This document shows, in pieces, positions 9,640 through 19,224 of a DNA stretch of 64,000 bases (the first letter of the stretch is position 1; each line of letters opens with the position of its first letter). Below the pieces are notes generated by a model. It ran no database searches. It worked only from the letters and a program-made list of their open reading frames with translations, and had not been told where the DNA came from. Source of the DNA: Polaromonas sp. (GTDB lineage: Bacteria; Pseudomonadota; Gammaproteobacteria; Burkholderiales; Burkholderiaceae_C); the NCBI GenBank assembly GCA_031426635.1, contig JASJPN010000035.1, positions 237 through 64,236 on the forward strand. Direction: 5' to 3'. The translations under genes were made by a program, and so were the position numbers.

Positions 9640-10872
9640 ATGCCCGCCTATACATTTGAAGCCCTGGACGCCCAAGGCAGCACCCGCAAAGGGGTGATGG
9701 AAGGCGACACGGCGCGTGCGGTGCGCAGCATGTTGCGTACCCAAGCCCTGGTACCCTTGTCCGTTGAGCCGGTCAGTGGAGCCGCCTCGAACGGTCCAAC
9801 CAGCGGCGGACTGAACATCACCCTGTTTACCAGCCGCATATTTAATGCCACGGGGCTGGCCATTTGGACACGGCAAATCGCCGGTTTGGTATCTTCTGGC
9901 TTGCCGCTTGAGCGCGCCTTGACCGCATTAACCGACGAGTCTGAGGATGAGCGGCAACGCAATTTACTCGCCAGCTTGCGTGCCGAGGTCAATGCCGGCA
10001 GCACCTTTGCCAAGGCCTTGTCGCAGCATCCGCGCGAATTTTCCAGCATTTACACCGCCGTGATTGGTGCGGGTGAGCAAAGCGGCAGCCTGGGGCAGGT
10101 GCTGGAACGTTTGGCTGACGACTTGGAAGAGCAACAGGCGTTAAAGTCGAAATTGATAGGCGCGGCGCTGTATCCAGCCATTGTGACCCTGGTTGCCATT
10201 GTCATTGTGTTGTTTTTGGTGGGCTACGTGGTGCCCCAAGTCGCCAATGTGTTTGCGGGAACCAAGCGCGCCCTGCCCTTTCTGACGGTAGCGATGCTGG
10301 CCATCAGCGACTTTGTACGCAGTTACGGCTGGCTGGTGCTGATGGCACTTATTTTGATGGCCATTGGCGGAAAATTGGCACTTCGACGAGACGCATTTCG
10401 AGAGAAATTTGACGCGGCCTGGCTGAATATTCCCTTGGTTGGCAAACTCGCACGTGGCTACAACGCCGCGCGTTTTTCCAGCACACTGGCCATGCTGGCG
10501 ACGGCTGGCGTGCCAATTCTCAAAAGCCTGCAAACCGCCGCCCAAACCTTGAACAACCGCGCCATGCGTGCCGATGCGCTGGATGCGCTGGTACTGGTGC
10601 GCGAAGGCGCCCCCCTGGCTTCAGCGCTGGCGCAGAAAAAGCGCTTTCCCGGCATCGTCAGCATGTTTGCACGGCTGGGAGAACAAACCGGTCAATTGCC
10701 ACTGATGCTGTCTCGCGCGGCCAAGCAGCTCAGCACAGAAGTGCAACGCAGGGCGATGCACCTGGCAACTATATTAGAGCCACTGCTCATCGTGGCGATG
10801 GGTTTGGTCGTCATGCTGATCGTGCTGGCGGTACTGCTGCCCATCATTCAGCTCAATCAATTGGTTCGATAA
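9640..10872 (+). CDS. gspF: T2SS inner-membrane platform protein GspF
   Basis: 410 aa with duplicated GspF domains and 3 TM segments. The C-terminus ILEPLLIVAMGLVVMLIVLAVLLPI is typical. Confidence 0.9.
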   Translation: MPAYTFEALDAQGSTRKGVMEGDTARAVRSMLRTQALVPLSVEPVSGAASNGPTSGGLNITLFTSRIFNATGLAIWTRQIAGLVSSGLPLERALTALTDESEDERQRNLLASLRAEVNAGSTFAKALSQHPREFSSIYTAVIGAGEQSGSLGQVLERLADDLEEQQALKSKLIGAALYPAIVTLVAIVIVLFLVGYVVPQVANVFAGTKRALPFLTVAMLAISDFVRSYGWLVLMALILMAIGGKLALRRDAFREKFDAAWLNIPLVGKLARGYNAARFSSTLAMLATAGVPILKSLQTAAQTLNNRAMRADALDALVLVREGAPLASALAQKKRFPGIVSMFARLGEQTGQLPLMLSRAAKQLSTEVQRRAMHLATILEPLLIVAMGLVVMLIVLAVLLPIIQLNQLVR

Positions 10873-10912
10873 TTAATTCCCCGGTTTTTTTTCACTTTAA
10901 CCACACCCTGCC

Positions 10913-11689
10913 ATGACACACCCACTCATCACCGTCAGCACCCAAGCTCGCGTAGGCATCATCACACTCAATCGCCCCAAACAGCTCAATGCCTTGAACG
11001 ACCAACTCATGGACGAATTAGGCGCCGCGCTTAAAGCCTTTGATGCGAACGAAGCCATTGGCTGCATGATCATTACCGGCAGTGAAAAAGCCTTTGCTGC
11101 GGGAGCCGACATTGGCGCCATGGCCAGCTACAGCTTTGCCGATGTGTACAAAGGCGACTACATCACCCGTAACTGGGAGCAAATTCGCAGCATCCGCAAA
11201 CCGGTGATTGCAGCCGTGAGCGGTTTTGCTTTGGGTGGTGGTTGCGAGTTGGCGATGATGTGCGACTTCATCATCGCCGCCGACAATGCCAAATTTGGGC
11301 AACCTGAAATCAAGCTGGGCATCATCCCCGGTGCAGGCGGTACGCAGCGCCTGCCACGCGCGGTGGGCAAAGCCAAGGCCATGGACATGGCTTTGACAGG
11401 ACGCATGATGGATGCGGTTGAAGCCGAGCGTGCAGGCCTCGTCAGCCGTGTGGTGCCACTGGATCAACTGATGGAAGAGACTCTGGGTGCCGCTTTGATG
11501 ATTTGCGACTTCTCACAAATGGCCGTGATGGCGGCGAAAGAATCCGTCAACCGGGCGTTTGAAGGTGGTTTGGCCGATGGCATCATGTTTGAGCGGCGCA
11601 TGTTCCACGCGCTTTTTGCCACAGCCGACCAAAAAGAAGGTATGGATGCCTTTGTGAACAAGCGCAAAGCTGTCTTTACCCATTCTTAG
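10913..11689 (+). CDS. enoyl-CoA hydratase (crotonase family)
   Basis: [13 protein letters not shown]...[14 protein letters not shown]...[15 protein letters not shown] crotonase signatures. 258 aa. Confidence 0.9.
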   Translation: MTHPLITVSTQARVGIITLNRPKQLNALNDQLMDELGAALKAFDANEAIGCMIITGSEKAFAAGADIGAMASYSFADVYKGDYITRNWEQIRSIRKPVIAAVSGFALGGGCELAMMCDFIIAADNAKFGQPEIKLGIIPGAGGTQRLPRAVGKAKAMDMALTGRMMDAVEAERAGLVSRVVPLDQLMEETLGAALMICDFSQMAVMAAKESVNRAFEGGLADGIMFERRMFHALFATADQKEGMDAFVNKRKAVFTHS

Positions 11690-11763
11690 CCCGAACAGGT
11701 TGATTTGTACCCGTCATTTACCTAAAATGAATGCGTTGTAACCCGTCACTTCAAGGTAGCAGG

Positions 11764-12225
11764 GTGTATAAAATTCCAGAATCCGTGCTGGTTGTGATTC
11801 ATACCCCAGCGCTCGACGTGCTGCTGGTTCGGCGCGCGGACGTGGATGAACCGCCTTTCTGGCAGTCAGTCACTGGCAGCAAGAACACGCCTGATGAGTT
11901 CATCGAAGACACCGCCGTACGCGAAGTGCAGGAGGAAACCGGCATTGATGCCAGACAGGACAACTGTGTGTTACGCGACTGGCAGCTACAAAACATTTAC
12001 GACATTTACCCCAGGTGGCGCCATCGCTACGCGCCGGGTGTCACGCGTAATACGGAGCATTTGTTTGGTTTGTGTGTCCCGGCTGGCGTAACCGTGAAAC
12101 TCAATCCGCGTGAGCATACGGCTTACCAATGGTTGCCTTACCGCGAGGCGGCCGATCGGTGCTTTTCCCCTTCCAACGCTGAAGCTTGTTTGCAGTTAGC
12201 ACGGTTTTCTTTATGCCAAAACTGA
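11764..12225 (+). CDS. nudB: Nudix hydrolase, dihydroneopterin triphosphate diphosphatase-like
   Basis: Nudix box TAVREVQEETGID and an N-terminus YKIPESVLVVIH typical of NudB. GTG 11764 is preferred; the ORF-track ATG is at 11731. Confidence 0.7.
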   Translation: MYKIPESVLVVIHTPALDVLLVRRADVDEPPFWQSVTGSKNTPDEFIEDTAVREVQEETGIDARQDNCVLRDWQLQNIYDIYPRWRHRYAPGVTRNTEHLFGLCVPAGVTVKLNPREHTAYQWLPYREAADRCFSPSNAEACLQLARFSLCQN

Positions 12226-13061
12226 ACAATTCACTCAGCCGCCCCTTGGCCAATCAGGCAGCGCACCCTATTCGAGTGGCAACTTGGAATATTCACAAAG
12301 GGGTAAATGGTCTGGGCCCGCGCCGACGTTTGGAAATTCACAACATTGGCTTGGCCATTGATCAGTTCGATGCAGACATTGTGTGCTTGCAAGAGGTACG
12401 CAAGTCGCATCGTGGCGAAGCCAAGCGCTTTGCACACTGGCCTGAACAGGAACAAGCCGATTTTTTGGCACCTTTAGGCTACACAGCCATTTATCAAACC
12501 AATGCCATCACCAAACAAGGTGAGCACGGCAATGCGCTGCTGACACGCTGGCCAGTGGTGCGGCATCAGCACGAAGACATGTCCGACCACCGTTTTGAAC
12601 AACGCGGCTTGCTGCATGTCGAGGTGCTGGTCCACGGACATTCGGTACACGTCATTGTGGTTCATTTGGGACTCATCAAAGCCAGCCGACGCAGACAAAT
12701 TGAACAGATCGCCACCTTTATCGAACGTGAGGTTCCAGACCAGGCTTCCCTGCTTGTTGCCGGCGACTTTAATGACTGGGGATCCACCAGCATGTCTGCA
12801 TTGAGGGCCCTCAAGCTACATGCCTTCAACACCAGAACTGCCACGGATAACCGGCTCTACACTTTCCCTGCAAGGTTGCCCTTGGTGCAACTCGATTACG
12901 TCTACGCGCGGCACCTCACACCAACGCATGCGCAGGTCCCGCATGGACAAGTCTGGGCACGGATGTCAGACCATTTGCCCTTGATCACCGATTTTGTAGC
13001 CCATGTCGAAACCGATGTTGTTGTCGATTCAAGCGTAGATTCTGTATCGAATGCTGACTAA
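12213..13061 (+). CDS. endonuclease/exonuclease/phosphatase family protein (YbhP-like)
   Basis: IRVATWNIHKG...DIVCLQEV...SDHLPL EEP motifs. It lies immediately upstream of clsB, as ybhP does in the E. coli ybhP-clsB operon. Confidence 0.8.
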   Translation: MPKLNNSLSRPLANQAAHPIRVATWNIHKGVNGLGPRRRLEIHNIGLAIDQFDADIVCLQEVRKSHRGEAKRFAHWPEQEQADFLAPLGYTAIYQTNAITKQGEHGNALLTRWPVVRHQHEDMSDHRFEQRGLLHVEVLVHGHSVHVIVVHLGLIKASRRRQIEQIATFIEREVPDQASLLVAGDFNDWGSTSMSALRALKLHAFNTRTATDNRLYTFPARLPLVQLDYVYARHLTPTHAQVPHGQVWARMSDHLPLITDFVAHVETDVVVDSSVDSVSNAD

Positions 13062-13064
13062 TAC

Positions 13065-14276
13065 ATGCCGTCAAGCACCCACAAGCCTCAGAATGCAGAT
13101 TTTTCGCTGAAGCTGCTGGAGGGTAGCATTCAGTTTTTTCCCGCTTTGGTCGCCAGTCTGGATGCCGCACGGCGTACCGTTCAGATGGAAACCTATATTT
13201 TTAACCTGACAGCCAGCGGTGCCGATGTGGCGCAGGCGCTGGAGCGAGCGGCGCAACGCGGTGTGCTGGTTCGTGTCATGGTTGACGGTTTCGGCACACC
13301 CTCTTTACCAGCGGAGTGGGTACAGCGTTTCAAAACCGCTGGTGTGCAAACGTTGGTCTTTGAGCCTATTGTCACATTGGGATTTTTCATTCCCAGCCAG
13401 TGGCGACGCCTGCATCGCAAGTTGTGCGTCATTGATGGTGAGGTGGCGTATTGTGGTGGGATCAACGTATTGGATGATTTTTATGATCCCACTTACGGCA
13501 CCTTGACAGCTCCCCGTTTTGATTTCTGCGTACGCACCACGGGCGCTTTGGCACTCACCATGCATGCGATCACTTGCCAACTCTGGGAACGCATGGAATC
13601 GGGCACACTGGGCTCTGCCAATAAAGTCATGACCGCGATTGATTTTTTGTCAGGCCAACCGCGCAAGCATCTCTTCAAGAAAAAGCAGTTGCAAGCGCTG
13701 CAACCCAAAGCTTACCTGGTGCTGCGTGATAACCTGACCAATCGCACGAAGATTGAACGCGCCTACCTCAAAGCCATTGGCGAGTCGCGCCAGGAAATCA
13801 TCATTGCGAATGCCTACTTTTTGCCTGGTACCAAACTGCGAAAAGCATTGATCCATGCTGCAGGGCGCGGCGTTAAAGTGCAGCTGTTATTACAAGGAAA
13901 ATATGAGTATTTCATGCAGTACCATGCGGCTCGCCCGGTGTATGGTTCCTTGCTGGCTGCAGGTATCGAGATTCATGAATATGCGCCCAGCTACCTGCAT
14001 GCCAAAGTCGCGGTGATTGATGGCGTCTGGGCAACCGTGGGTTCATCTAACCTTGACCCCTTGAGTTTATTGCTCGCACGCGAGGCAAATATTATTGTGC
14101 AGGATGCCGCCTTTGCCAACAACTTGCGGGAGCGTTTATTGCAGGCCATGCAAACCGAAGGGCAACGTCTGGAAGCCGAAGAGTTTGCGCACCGACCCCT
14201 GGCGCAACGCATTCGCGACGCAATAGCTTTCGCTTTGATGCGAACGGGCCTGTGGATTTTTGGTCAACGGTACTGA
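13065..14276 (+). CDS. clsB: cardiolipin synthase ClsB-type (phospholipase D family)
   Basis: Two HKD motifs (HRKLCVIDG..., HAKVAVIDGVWATVGSSNLD). 403 aa with no N-terminal TM segments. Confidence 0.85.
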   Translation: MPSSTHKPQNADFSLKLLEGSIQFFPALVASLDAARRTVQMETYIFNLTASGADVAQALERAAQRGVLVRVMVDGFGTPSLPAEWVQRFKTAGVQTLVFEPIVTLGFFIPSQWRRLHRKLCVIDGEVAYCGGINVLDDFYDPTYGTLTAPRFDFCVRTTGALALTMHAITCQLWERMESGTLGSANKVMTAIDFLSGQPRKHLFKKKQLQALQPKAYLVLRDNLTNRTKIERAYLKAIGESRQEIIIANAYFLPGTKLRKALIHAAGRGVKVQLLLQGKYEYFMQYHAARPVYGSLLAAGIEIHEYAPSYLHAKVAVIDGVWATVGSSNLDPLSLLLAREANIIVQDAAFANNLRERLLQAMQTEGQRLEAEEFAHRPLAQRIRDAIAFALMRTGLWIFGQRY

Positions 14277-14277
14277 G

Positions 14278-14799
14278 ATGCCACTTCCCAAATTTGCCTT
14301 ATTCGCTATTATTTTTACAGCTACATCAGCTTGTTCTTCGACCCAATGGCAGGGTATCGTGACCCGTGTGACAGATGGCGATACGCTATGGGTGAGGCCC
14401 GGTGGGACAACATCAAATGGCACATTAGCCAGCCGTGAACCGCGCAAAATCAGGATTGCAGGGATTGATGCGCCAGAGAGTTGCCAACGCTATGGACGCC
14501 AATCCACGGCTGCGCTCAAGGCATTTATCGCACGGCAAACCGTCACGGTGACGACGCGACGCACGGACGATTACGGACGAGAGGTAGCGAAAATGACCTA
14601 TGACGATATGGACGTTGGTGCATGGATGGTCAGCCACGGCCATGCCTGGTCATACCACTACCGACACAACTCGGGCCCTTACGCTATGCAAGAGGAAACG
14701 GCTCAATTGGCACGTCGCGGCTTATTCGCGGACGCCTCACCCACCCAGCCCAGGGTGTTTAGACGTGCGCATGGCCCTTGCCACACACGACACAATTGA
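14278..14799 (+). CDS. secreted thermonuclease (SNase-like) family protein
   Basis: GIVTRVTDGDTLWV...IRIAGIDAPE SNase motifs and a signal or lipoprotein-like N-terminus MPLPKFALFAIIFTATSAC. The 3' end overlaps convergent moeB by 41 nt. Confidence 0.8.
   Translation: MPLPKFALFAIIFTATSACSSTQWQGIVTRVTDGDTLWVRPGGTTSNGTLASREPRKIRIAGIDAPESCQRYGRQSTAALKAFIARQTVTVTTRRTDDYGREVAKMTYDDMDVGAWMVSHGHAWSYHYRHNSGPYAMQEETAQLARRGLFADASPTQPRVFRRAHGPCHTRHN
14305..14321. repeat. degenerate module core inside the nuclease signal-peptide region
   Basis: GCTAttatttttaCAGC (one mismatch). Rare ATT/TTT/ACA codons in a GC-rich genome. Confidence 0.4.
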
Positions 14800-15520
14800 C
14801 ATCGCGTTTAAACCTAACCTCATTCCAAGCCATATCGCGCCCATCAAGCATCAAAAGTCGGCCGATCAATGGCTTTCCAACTTCGCTGATGATCTTCAAA
14901 GCCTCTGCAGCCTGCATGGAGCCAATGATGCCAACCAAAGGCGCAAAAACCCCCATGGTGGCACAGCGCGTTTCTTCCAAGTCAGCATCCGGTGGAAAAA
15001 TGCACGCGTAGCAAGGCGCTGATGCATGGCGACTGTCGTAGACGGCTATTTGACCGTCAAAGCGTATGGCCGCACCCGAAACCAACGGTTTGCGGTGGTT
15101 GACACAAGCTGTATTGATGGCATGGCGGGTAGCAAAGTTATCGCAACAATCCAGTACCACGTCGGCGTCAGCAACCAGCTTATCGAGCAACGCTGCGTCT
15201 GCCCGCTCAAGAACAGGGATCACTTGCACATCGGGATTGATATTTGCTATTTTATTCATAGCAGACTGCGCTTTATATTCACCGATATCAGTCATATTGT
15301 GGGCTATTTGACGCTGTAGATTCGTGAGATCCACCACATCATCATCCACCAAGGTGATGCGACCCACCCCCGCTGTGGCCAGATACAAAACCACCGGAGA
15401 GCCCAAACCGCCCGCGCCGATGACCAGTACACGGGCTTGCAAAATTTTCTCCTGACCTTCGACTCCCACCTCGTTGAGAAGAAGATGACGAGAGTAACGC
15501 AGTAGCTGATCGTCAGTCAT
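14759..15520 (-). CDS. moeB: molybdopterin-synthase adenylyltransferase (ThiF/MoeB family)
   Basis: LRYSRHLLL...VLVIGAGGLGSP dinucleotide fold and CxxC pairs (CYACIF, CVVCG). Confidence 0.85.
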   Translation of the reverse strand: MTDDQLLRYSRHLLLNEVGVEGQEKILQARVLVIGAGGLGSPVVLYLATAGVGRITLVDDDVVDLTNLQRQIAHNMTDIGEYKAQSAMNKIANINPDVQVIPVLERADAALLDKLVADADVVLDCCDNFATRHAINTACVNHRKPLVSGAAIRFDGQIAVYDSRHASAPCYACIFPPDADLEETRCATMGVFAPLVGIIGSMQAAEALKIISEVGKPLIGRLLMLDGRDMAWNEVRFKRDVNCVVCGKGHAHV

Positions 15521-15601
15521 TCTGCTTTCGAGTCAGAATTGCACAGGATTTGCATATGCGTTGCCCGGTTATGGCGCAGAGTTGGCGCTTGGCAAAACGG
15601 C

Positions 15602-17050
15602 TCAATTGTCTTTTTTCTCTTCTTTGCGTTCCACCATGGTTTTACTCACCAACACGGGACGCCCTTTGAGTTGGTTGATGGCCTGCGCCAATTGGAAATC
15701 CTTGTCCGTGCCGAACTCTGGAATTTTGCGCTCTTGCACAGGTTTTTTAGCTTCCTCTTCTAACCTCTTGAGTGCCATGTCTCGTTCTTTTTCACGTACT
15801 TCCTTTTTCACGGGGTCTTCAGCAGCACCGCCTTGGCCACTTTCCAAGTGCTTTTCCAAATCGGCTTCGCGGGTGCGCAACACCGCAAACGGGCTGCCTT
15901 CTGCCGTCTCGTCGACCATGACATCGGGCACAATGCCTTTGGCCTGAATGGATTTACCGCTAGGCGTGTAATAGCGCGCCGTGGTCAGCTTGATACCGGT
16001 GTCTGGCCCCAAGGGACGCACGGTTTGGACCGAGCCCTTGCCAAAGGTTTGACTACCCAAAATAGTGGCGCGCTTGTAGTCTTGCAATGCCCCAGCAACA
16101 ATTTCACTGGCAGAAGCAGAACCTTCATTAACCAATACCACCAAAGGCACACTTTTAAGTGCGGCAGGCAAGCGCTTCAAGGGGTCCGTACCGCCACGGC
16201 GCAAATAAAACTCAGGCGCAGCTTTGTAGCTGAACTTGCTGTCTGCCAATTGGCCGTTGGTAGATACCACAGCCACGTTTTCTGGCAAAAAGGCCGCAGA
16301 AACCGCCACCGCTGCATCCAGCAAGCCACCCGGATCGTTGCGCAAATCAAGCACCAAGCCTTTGAGGCTGGGTTCTTGTTTATAGATTTCCTCTATCTTT
16401 TTCACAAAATCATCGACCGTGCGATCCTGGAATTGCGTCAAGCGAATCCAACCGTAACCAGGCTCAACAACCTTACCTCGCACCGACTGCGTTTTGATCT
16501 CTTCACGCACGATGGTGACGGGGAAGGTTCGGTTTTCTTCTTTACGAAACACCGTCAAAATGACCTTGGTATTGGGCTCGCCGCGCATGCGTTTGACCGC
16601 CTCGTTGAGAGTCAGTCCACGCACGGCGGTGGTGTCAATTTTGGTAATCAAGTCATTGGATTTGAGTCCTGCACGGAAGGCGGGTGAACCTTCAATCGGC
16701 GACACGACTTTGACCAAACCATCTTCAAAGCTGATCTCAATCCCCACGCCGACAAACCTGCCGGAGGTACCTTCGCGGAATTCTTTGTACGATTTTTTAT
16801 CGAAGTACTGAGAGTGCGGGTCCAGACTGGCCACCATGCCTGAAATAGCATCAGAAATCAGCTTTTTCTCGTCCACAGGCTCAACGTAATCGCTTTTGAT
16901 CAAGCCAAACACATTGGCCAGCTGCTGCAGCTCTTCCAGGGGCATAGGCGCGAGGGCGCCGCGCGCTACCGTTTGCAGCGACACCGTGGTCAGCGCACCG
17001 GCCAATGCACCAACAGAAATCCAACCAGCGATTTTGAGTTTATGACCCAT
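15602..17050 (-). CDS. ctpA: carboxy-terminal processing protease (S41 family)
   Basis: PDZ region, S41 catalytic region (LVNEGSASASEIVAGALQD, GKGSVQT) and an N-terminal signal anchor. Confidence 0.9.
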   Translation of the reverse strand: MGHKLKIAGWISVGALAGALTTVSLQTVARGALAPMPLEELQQLANVFGLIKSDYVEPVDEKKLISDAISGMVASLDPHSQYFDKKSYKEFREGTSGRFVGVGIEISFEDGLVKVVSPIEGSPAFRAGLKSNDLITKIDTTAVRGLTLNEAVKRMRGEPNTKVILTVFRKEENRTFPVTIVREEIKTQSVRGKVVEPGYGWIRLTQFQDRTVDDFVKKIEEIYKQEPSLKGLVLDLRNDPGGLLDAAVAVSAAFLPENVAVVSTNGQLADSKFSYKAAPEFYLRRGGTDPLKRLPAALKSVPLVVLVNEGSASASEIVAGALQDYKRATILGSQTFGKGSVQTVRPLGPDTGIKLTTARYYTPSGKSIQAKGIVPDVMVDETAEGSPFAVLRTREADLEKHLESGQGGAAEDPVKKEVREKERDMALKRLEEEAKKPVQERKIPEFGTDKDFQLAQAINQLKGRPVLVSKTMVERKEEKKDN

Positions 17051-17244
17051 CTTTATGACCTACTTATATGATTCAGCACTTTGATTCAACTTGAACGAAC
17101 AACACCCAGCATCCAGCACCCAAGTCTAATATACACCTTGGAGAACTTGTTCGCTTCCAAGTTCACTGTTTAGGCCAACTTTGGACAAACTCTGGTCAGA
17201 TTTGAACCCGCCCGGCAGGGCCAGCAGCCTGTGCCGCCGGCTTT

Positions 17245-17949
17245 TCAGGTTGATCTTTCGTCACCCAAGTAGTAGTGACGGATGGGTTTGAGGTCCTTAT
17301 CGAGTTCATAGACCAGCGGAATGCCATTGGGAATGTTCAACCCCACAATGTCAGCGTCCGAGATGCCGTCAAGGTGTTTCACCAGCGCACGAATCGAGTT
17401 GCCATGCGCTACGACCAAGGTGCGTTTTCCCGCCCGCATGGCAGGCGCCAAAGACTCGTCCCAAAACGGCATCATCCGAACAACCGTGTCCTTCAGACAT
17501 TCGGTCAGGGGAATTTGCTCAACTTGTAACTTTGCGTAACGAAGGTCACCACGCTCACAGCGCGGGTCGTTGGCCTCCAGGGCTGGCGGCGGTACGTCGT
17601 AACTGCGACGCCACAGCAACACCTGCGCGTCGCCGTATTTTTTAGCCGTATCCGCCTTGTTCAAACCTTGCAAAGCCCCGTAATGGCGTTCATTCAAACG
17701 CCAGCTGTGAACCACCGGCAACCACGTGCGATCCATCGCATCCAGGCAGTGCCACAAGGTGTGCGTGGCCCGCTTCAAGACGCTGGTGTAAGTGAGATCG
17801 AACTCATAGCCCTGGTCTTTGAGCAACAGCCCCGCTTGCTTGGCCTGTGCAACGCCCAGCTCGGTCAAATCCACATCGGTCCAGCCGGTGAACCGGTTCT
17901 CTAAGTTCCAGGTCGATTCGCCGTGCCGGACCAAGACTAATTTGTGCAT
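17245..17949 (-). CDS. gpmA: 2,3-bisphosphoglycerate-dependent phosphoglycerate mutase
   Basis: [28 protein letters not shown] and the HGNS motif. ATG at 17949; the ORF-track start at 17955 is GTG. Confidence 0.95.
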   Translation of the reverse strand: MHKLVLVRHGESTWNLENRFTGWTDVDLTELGVAQAKQAGLLLKDQGYEFDLTYTSVLKRATHTLWHCLDAMDRTWLPVVHSWRLNERHYGALQGLNKADTAKKYGDAQVLLWRRSYDVPPPALEANDPRCERGDLRYAKLQVEQIPLTECLKDTVVRMMPFWDESLAPAMRAGKRTLVVAHGNSIRALVKHLDGISDADIVGLNIPNGIPLVYELDKDLKPIRHYYLGDERST

Positions 17950-18016
17950 ATTCACCTTAATTTTAAAAATACAAAGTCACCTATTCTAAAATGCATCTCT
18001 TTATAGAAAGTTCATC

Positions 18017-18424
18017 GTGAAATTTATTATTGACAATTGGATGTTATTTACTGTGGCGATCGGCTCTGCGGGTATGCTTTTTTGGCCACAAATACAAGGC
18101 GCTTCAGGCGGTAGCCTGACAGCGGCGGGCGCTGTGCAGCTGATTAACCGCGAAAAAGCGGTGATCATTGATGTCTGCGAGCCCAATGAATTCGCCAAAG
18201 AACACCTCAAAGGCGCCAAAAACCTGCCTCTCTCTCAGTTGGAGGAGAAACTCGCCGCTTTGGTTAAAAACAAAGAACTACCCTTGATTTTGGTTTGCAC
18301 CAGCGGTTTGCGCTCCAAACGGGCCGTGGCGGTCGCTAAAAAACTCGGGTATGTCAATGCACAAAACATGGTCGGCGGGAACAGGGCTTGGAAAGAGGCC
18401 AATTTGCCGCTTGAAAAAGCCTGA
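18017..18424 (+). CDS. rhodanese-like domain protein with N-terminal TM (YibN-like)
   Basis: The active-site loop LVCTSGLRS is in a rhodanese context. It sits upstream of grxC as yibN does in E. coli. GTG start. Confidence 0.8.
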   Translation: MKFIIDNWMLFTVAIGSAGMLFWPQIQGASGGSLTAAGAVQLINREKAVIIDVCEPNEFAKEHLKGAKNLPLSQLEEKLAALVKNKELPLILVCTSGLRSKRAVAVAKKLGYVNAQNMVGGNRAWKEANLPLEKA

Positions 18425-18452
18425 ACAGGTCTGAAAGCTTCTGGAAAACTTT

Positions 18453-18719
18453 ATGCAAACCGTCAAGATGTACACCACCGCCTTCTGCCCTTATTGCATA
18501 CGCGCCAAGCAGATACTCAAGTCCAAAGGGGTCGCGCAAATTGAGGAAATTAGCATTGACAACGATCCGGCTATGCGAAGTAGCATGATGCAGATCACTG
18601 GGCGACGCACCGTGCCCCAAATTTTTATTGGGGACACACATATTGGAGGTTGCGACGATTTGGAGGCACTGGACAAAGCGAGCGGGTTGCTACCGCTCTT
18701 GACAAAGCAGGGACGCTAA
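18453..18719 (+). CDS. grxC: glutaredoxin 3
   Basis: Active site CPYC (YTTAFCPYCIRAK), TVPQIFI and GGCDDL motifs. 88 aa. Confidence 0.95.
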   Translation: MQTVKMYTTAFCPYCIRAKQILKSKGVAQIEEISIDNDPAMRSSMMQITGRRTVPQIFIGDTHIGGCDDLEALDKASGLLPLLTKQGR

Positions 18720-18778
18720 GCTGTGGTGACCCGGCCTTCTAACAGGTCAACATCACTCGGCAGTCCGTCATTGTCGAT

Positions 18779-19201
18779 TCAAGCACGGCCAATGATGCAG
18801 GCGGTGGCCATCAACTCCTCTAGCAAAGCCATGGACACCACACCCGACGTGCTGTAGGGATCCAGCTCGGGCTTTTCAGCGTATTTCAGCAAAATAGACG
18901 AATTTATTTTTTCCGTGTTGACCTGTCCCATGGTCCAGCCGCTGAAACGGCGTTCGGATATTTCTTCGTAATGCAAGAGCACCACATCTTTGTGACGGCC
19001 GTCTTTTTGAATATGCCCGTACAACTCGCTGATGGCATGGCGGCCCCCTTCAAGGACCTGCAAAAAGATACCTCCACCATAGCAAAGAATACCCGTGATA
19101 CCGCTGACTGGGTTGAATTGACGCGACTGCGCCAGAATAGTTTCAATCGCTTCGGGCTGCATGTCAACAGCGCGGCTGGTGTAAAGTAGGCGAACCAACA
19201 T
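18779..19201 (-). CDS. short stand-alone BLUF (blue-light FAD) photoreceptor protein
   Basis: LLYTS (conserved Tyr), GILCYGGGIFLQVLEG (conserved Gln) and FSGWTMG (Trp/Met) BLUF hallmarks. 140 aa, 23 nt downstream of folE on the same strand. Confidence 0.85.
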   Translation of the reverse strand: MLVRLLYTSRAVDMQPEAIETILAQSRQFNPVSGITGILCYGGGIFLQVLEGGRHAISELYGHIQKDGRHKDVVLLHYEEISERRFSGWTMGQVNTEKINSSILLKYAEKPELDPYSTSGVVSMALLEELMATACIIGRA

Positions 19202-19224
19202 GATGTGTGTCCTGTTTTTCTGGG

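Noticed and set aside
15833-16687. 284-aa ORF on the plus strand
   Set aside because: It is antisense to the S41 protease gene. The product is Arg/Gln/His-rich low complexity.
17143-17164. 7-bp inverted repeat GAACTTG-N8-CAAGTTC in the gpmA-ctp spacer
   Set aside because: It is short, has no adjacent T-tract or recognisable operator consensus, and could be chance.
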